NCBI GenBank assembly: GCA_013265495.1
Contig: MU058257.1
Coordinates: forward strand, 248,001 to 274,121
Direction: 5' to 3'
DNA: 26,121 nucleotides
DNA from: Vicugna vicugna
Lineage: Eukaryota
The position numbers and the translations under genes are program-made. Positions 22,771 through 26,121 of the stretch are shown here, piece by piece. Within the stretch, counting starts at the first letter, position 1; each line of letters starts with the position of its first letter. Under the pieces are notes generated by a model that was not told the origin of the DNA, searched no databases, and saw nothing but the letters and a program-made list of their open reading frames with translations.

Positions 22771-24123
22771 CAGGTGGGGGACATCACACTCTCCTAGCAG
22801 GTACTTCCCTCAGCTGCTCAGATGGCCTTGCATCTTGGCCACAGTGTTTTCATGGGAGTTTTTTAAAAATAGTTTTAAGGGAAGAATGAAAGAGTTTCCA
22901 GAGGGTGAAATAATTGAGGCAAACAAAACTAAGAGAAGTGCCAAGTGAGAACTGGGGCCTTTTAAACGTCGTAGTTGTTTATATATCCATTTAGTTGTGC
23001 AACTGGTTTCTTTTCATGTAATCTATCCAGGGCCTAATTTCCTGTCATATTTAATGCTAGAAATACCCCTGTTCACTTAACCCTAGGGTACAGCGGTGGG
23101 ATACTCAGGCATTGAAATAGAAATGGTGGAGATGTTTCTAATGGTCTCCAGGGCACTCACCCTCGGCTTGTGGACACTAATCCTTGAAATGCTGAAAATC
23201 TGAATGGTGTACGTCCATACCCAAGCTTGGTAAGATTTGAGGAGTTTTAAAGCAGCTATTCACACAGCCCTCCATGGCAGTCTGCTGGAGTTCACACTGT
23301 TTATGGCAACAAGTGTTGGCTCAAACACAGTATTTTAAAAATCAGTTAACAAGAATTGCTTATGTGGCCCTACCAAGCGGGGCCAGCCGGAAGGAAGGTT
23401 TCTCCTCCACTTGCTCCCATGCCTGGACCTTCAGGGACAAGTGCTTTTCTGACGTGCAAGGGTGAAGCAGCAGATTGTGAGTGACACTGTACAGAAATAT
23501 CAAATCCCTGAATACTTGAATCATAAAACCACAGGGGAATTCTGGACTTGACACATCTTCTAAGGATCTTTCCCTCCCCTGGTTTATAGTGTTCCCCTCC
23601 GACCACCAGCTTCCAGTCTTCCTGTCTTATCCTTAAACTCCTTTCCCAGTTCTCAGAGGTCGAGTGTTTGCACTGTCAGTCTCTTGAATTCTGTCTGGGC
23701 CTACCTTTGCTGTCACTTCCCTTTCCCTGGTGTCCCCAAGGCTCACGGGTCTAGGATGTCACCATCACAGATCGGACATGTGGACCCTGAAGTGCTGTGT
23801 GAATGAACACTCGCCCAAGTCACTATGACATGTTTGAGAAGTAAACATTCATTCTCTTGCACCATTAAGGTTTCAGGGTTTACCTATCACTACGTAGCTT
23901 AGTATACCCTAGTTTAGAAATCAACAGACAGTTCACAGAAATGCAGACGCCAATGTACATCCAAAACATTGTTCAGTCTCACAAGATAGGCCAACTGCTG
24001 GTTTTTCAACCTACAATAATCGGGAAGGATTTTAAAATGGATAAAGTTCAAGGTTTTCTTATCAATGCTCGTGATTACTGTCAAATGGTTGAAAACCACA
24101 ATAAAAATTTTTTGTAAATTTTC

Positions 24124-24282
24124 TGTAGCTCCAGAGAGTGGAATGGTGGTTGCCAGGGGCTGGGGGAGGGAGGGAGGGGAAATGGGCAGATGCTAGTCAA
24201 AGGGCACAAACCTTCATTTATAAGATGAATACGTTTTAGGGATCTAACGTGCAGCATCATGAGTACTAATAACACTGTGCAC
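24124..24282 (+). mobile_element. L1MA9-like 3' UTR, left part (interrupted)
   Basis: gaatggtggttgccaggggctggggg...gtcaaagggcacaaaccttcatttataagatgaata...gatctaacgtgcagcat. Confidence 0.85.
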
Positions 24283-24476
24283 TTCACTATATATAAAAAT
24301 AGATTTTAAAAAAGTTTCTTCTGTGTAGCACAGGGAACTATGTTCAATATCTTATAATAACCTTTAATGAAAAAATATGAAAATGAATGTATGTATGTAT
24401 ATACATGACTGGGACATTGTGCTGGACACCAGAAACTGACACATTGTAACGGACTGTATTTCAATTAAAAAAAAAA
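24283..24476 (+). mobile_element. 5'-truncated camelid/artiodactyl-type L1 3' end nested in the L1MA9-like element
   Basis: ctgtgtagcacagggaactatgttcaatatctt...catgactgggacattgtgctggacaccagaaactgacacattgtaac...tcaatt followed by A10. Confidence 0.85.
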
Positions 24477-24640
24477 GGGGATGGAGGGAAGGGAGGGAAG
24501 AAAGAAAGAGAAAAAAGGAAGAAAATAAGTTTATGAAAATTTCCTTAACTTGAAACATTCTCATCTGCAATCATTGCATTTATGCATATCAACTCCAAAA
24601 GATAAACAGTGAAGATTAAAATATGAGAACTGAAAAAAAA

Positions 24641-25170
24641 AATAATGTGCACGTGATATCTGCAAAGAGGGTAGATCTTAAGCATGCTCACCACACACAC
24701 ACATACACATACATGCATATACATACACACATGCACGCATATACACACATGCACATACATGCATACACACATCATACACGCATATATACACACACACATG
24801 CATATACATACATACACATCATACACACGTATACACACACATGCATACACGTGCACATGCATACACATACATTCACAATACACACACATACATACACACA
24901 CGTACACACACAGACATACATATGTACACACACAGACATCATACACATATACACATGTACACACATACACACATCGTATACACATACACACACGCATACA
25001 TGCACACATATCATATACACACAGGTAATGATGTGAGGTGATGATGTGTTTTAACTTGATTGTGGCCATCATTTCACTACACATATATCAAATTGTCCCA
25101 TTATACACTTTAAATATACACACATTTATTTGTCAATTACACCACAATAAAGCTGGGGAGAAAAATAAAA
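24641..25170 (+). mobile_element. L1MA9-like 3' UTR, right part, containing an expanded microsatellite
   Basis: gagggtagatcttaagcatgctcaccac[CA tract]ggtaatgatgtgaggtgatg...ttgtcaattacaccacaataaagctgg continues the consensus from 24282. Confidence 0.85.
24692..25023. repeat. Compound (CA/TA/TG)n microsatellite, ~330 bp
   Basis: Directly visible cacacatacatgcatatacatac... tract. Confidence 0.97.
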
Positions 25171-25269
25171 TAATCTCTAACTCTACATCCCAAGACATAT
25201 GTTTTGGGGAGACTATTTATTGCTGGTAAAATGCTGATGCTATAATATAAGGTGAAAAAAAAGATACCA

Positions 25270-26121
25270 GGACTTCCGGGCAAGATGGCGGAGTAGAAGG
25301 ACGCTTGTAAGTCACCCTCTCCCACAAATACACCAAGACCCACATCTACAGACCTACTCAGCCAACCAGAGCACCTGCGGAACTCCAACAGATCATCGCC
25401 CTCTTCGAAAGATAAAGACGCTAAAAATCTGGTAGGAGAAAAGGAAAAAAGAAAGAACAAAAGGCAAAGCAGCGCGCGGGACGGGTCCCGCGGGGAGGGA
25501 GCAGCAAAGGAGGACTGGCGCTCGCTCGCTGGGTCTCCCCTCTCCAACTGAGAGGCCAGCAGGACGGAGGGGGAGCCTCCAAGGCTCGGATCTGTATAGA
25601 GCAGCCCTTGTCTGACAGAACTAAGTTAAACGGGCACAGAGCGTCCCCCCGACACCCAGCCTGAGACGCTGGCAGCGGCGGGCAGGCCCAGGCTGCACAA
25701 GCCGGGCGGAGGACGGGGGCGGCTGCACGGAGGCAGCTCCGGGGGACTGCAAGGGGCTGGGCGCCGGGGCTGTGGGTGTACAGGACAGAACAACCTGGGC
25801 CCTCCATAAAACAGCAAGGTTGATGTGCTCTCGGGGGAAGGGTGCATACCCCCATCTCTGAAAACCCGCGGAAACTTTTCAGGGGAAGAGGGGCGGGGCC
25901 CAGGCAGAGCCGCCATATTCTCCGGCGCTGAGCACCCAGGCGGGGGCAGAGGCGAAACCTGCATCCGCACCAAAGGGCTCAGCAGCCTCAAGGGCCAGAC
26001 TGAGACGGGCCTACAGCCCGGGGCAGATAGGATCCTTCCATCCTGGTCCCTCAGAGAACTTGCTCCACAAAGACAAACAAGGAGCTGGGTCTTGGCTCGG
26101 AGCAGGGACGAGGCTGCCCCT
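25270..26121 (+). mobile_element. 5' UTR / internal promoter of a relatively young, possibly full-length LINE-1 (runs off the window)
   Basis: Abrupt AT-to-GC/CpG transition after A-rich aaaaaaaagataccag. It begins ggacttccgggcaagatggcggagtagaaggacg, a typical L1 5' end with a YY1 site; many CpGs are retained. Confidence 0.85.
25272..25291 (+). promoter_or_regulatory. ETS-like (ACTTCCGG) and YY1 (CAAGATGGCGG) motifs at the L1 transcription start
   Basis: Motifs read directly. A YY1 site just downstream of the start is an established feature of mammalian L1 promoters. Confidence 0.75.

Noticed and set aside
24545..25084. His/Thr-rich and Cys/Val-rich ORFs of 66-179 aa on both strands
   Set aside because: They are translation artefacts of the CA/TA microsatellite, which lacks stop codons.
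1..26121. A novel multi-gene system, CRISPR array or prokaryotic selD operon
   Set aside because: The sequence is explained by one spliced mammalian gene plus ordinary interspersed repeats. There are no regularly spaced repeat-spacer units or additional credible genes.

Overview
This is mammalian genomic DNA, most likely from a camelid: it carries two Vic-1-like tRNA-derived SINEs and a camelid-type L1 3' end. It contains the 3' part of SEPHS1 (selenophosphate synthetase 1) on the + strand. Seven coding exons (exons 3-9 in human numbering; 104+108+155+91+100+213+215 = 986 nt) have canonical GT-AG introns and splice into one intact frame ending ...NPTPGATS*. An AT-rich 3' UTR of about 1.7 kb with several AATAAA signals follows. 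The first coding exon, which holds the Thr/Sec-equivalent position, lies upstream of the window. The remainder is intronic and intergenic sequence with old repeats (MIR, L2, MER33, MER5A, L1MB/MC/MA), a ~330 bp purine/pyrimidine-alternating microsatellite, and the CpG-rich 5' end of an apparently young L1 at the right edge. Repeat family names and comparisons to human come from my recall of consensus sequences, not from a search. I see no evidence of a new biological system. The best leads are a candidate L1 3'-transduction, a possible antisense promoter/ORF0-like arrangement in the L1 5' UTR, and strong local AT-to-GC drift. Apart from the SEPHS1 exon-overlapping ORFs, the ORF track appears to be noise.
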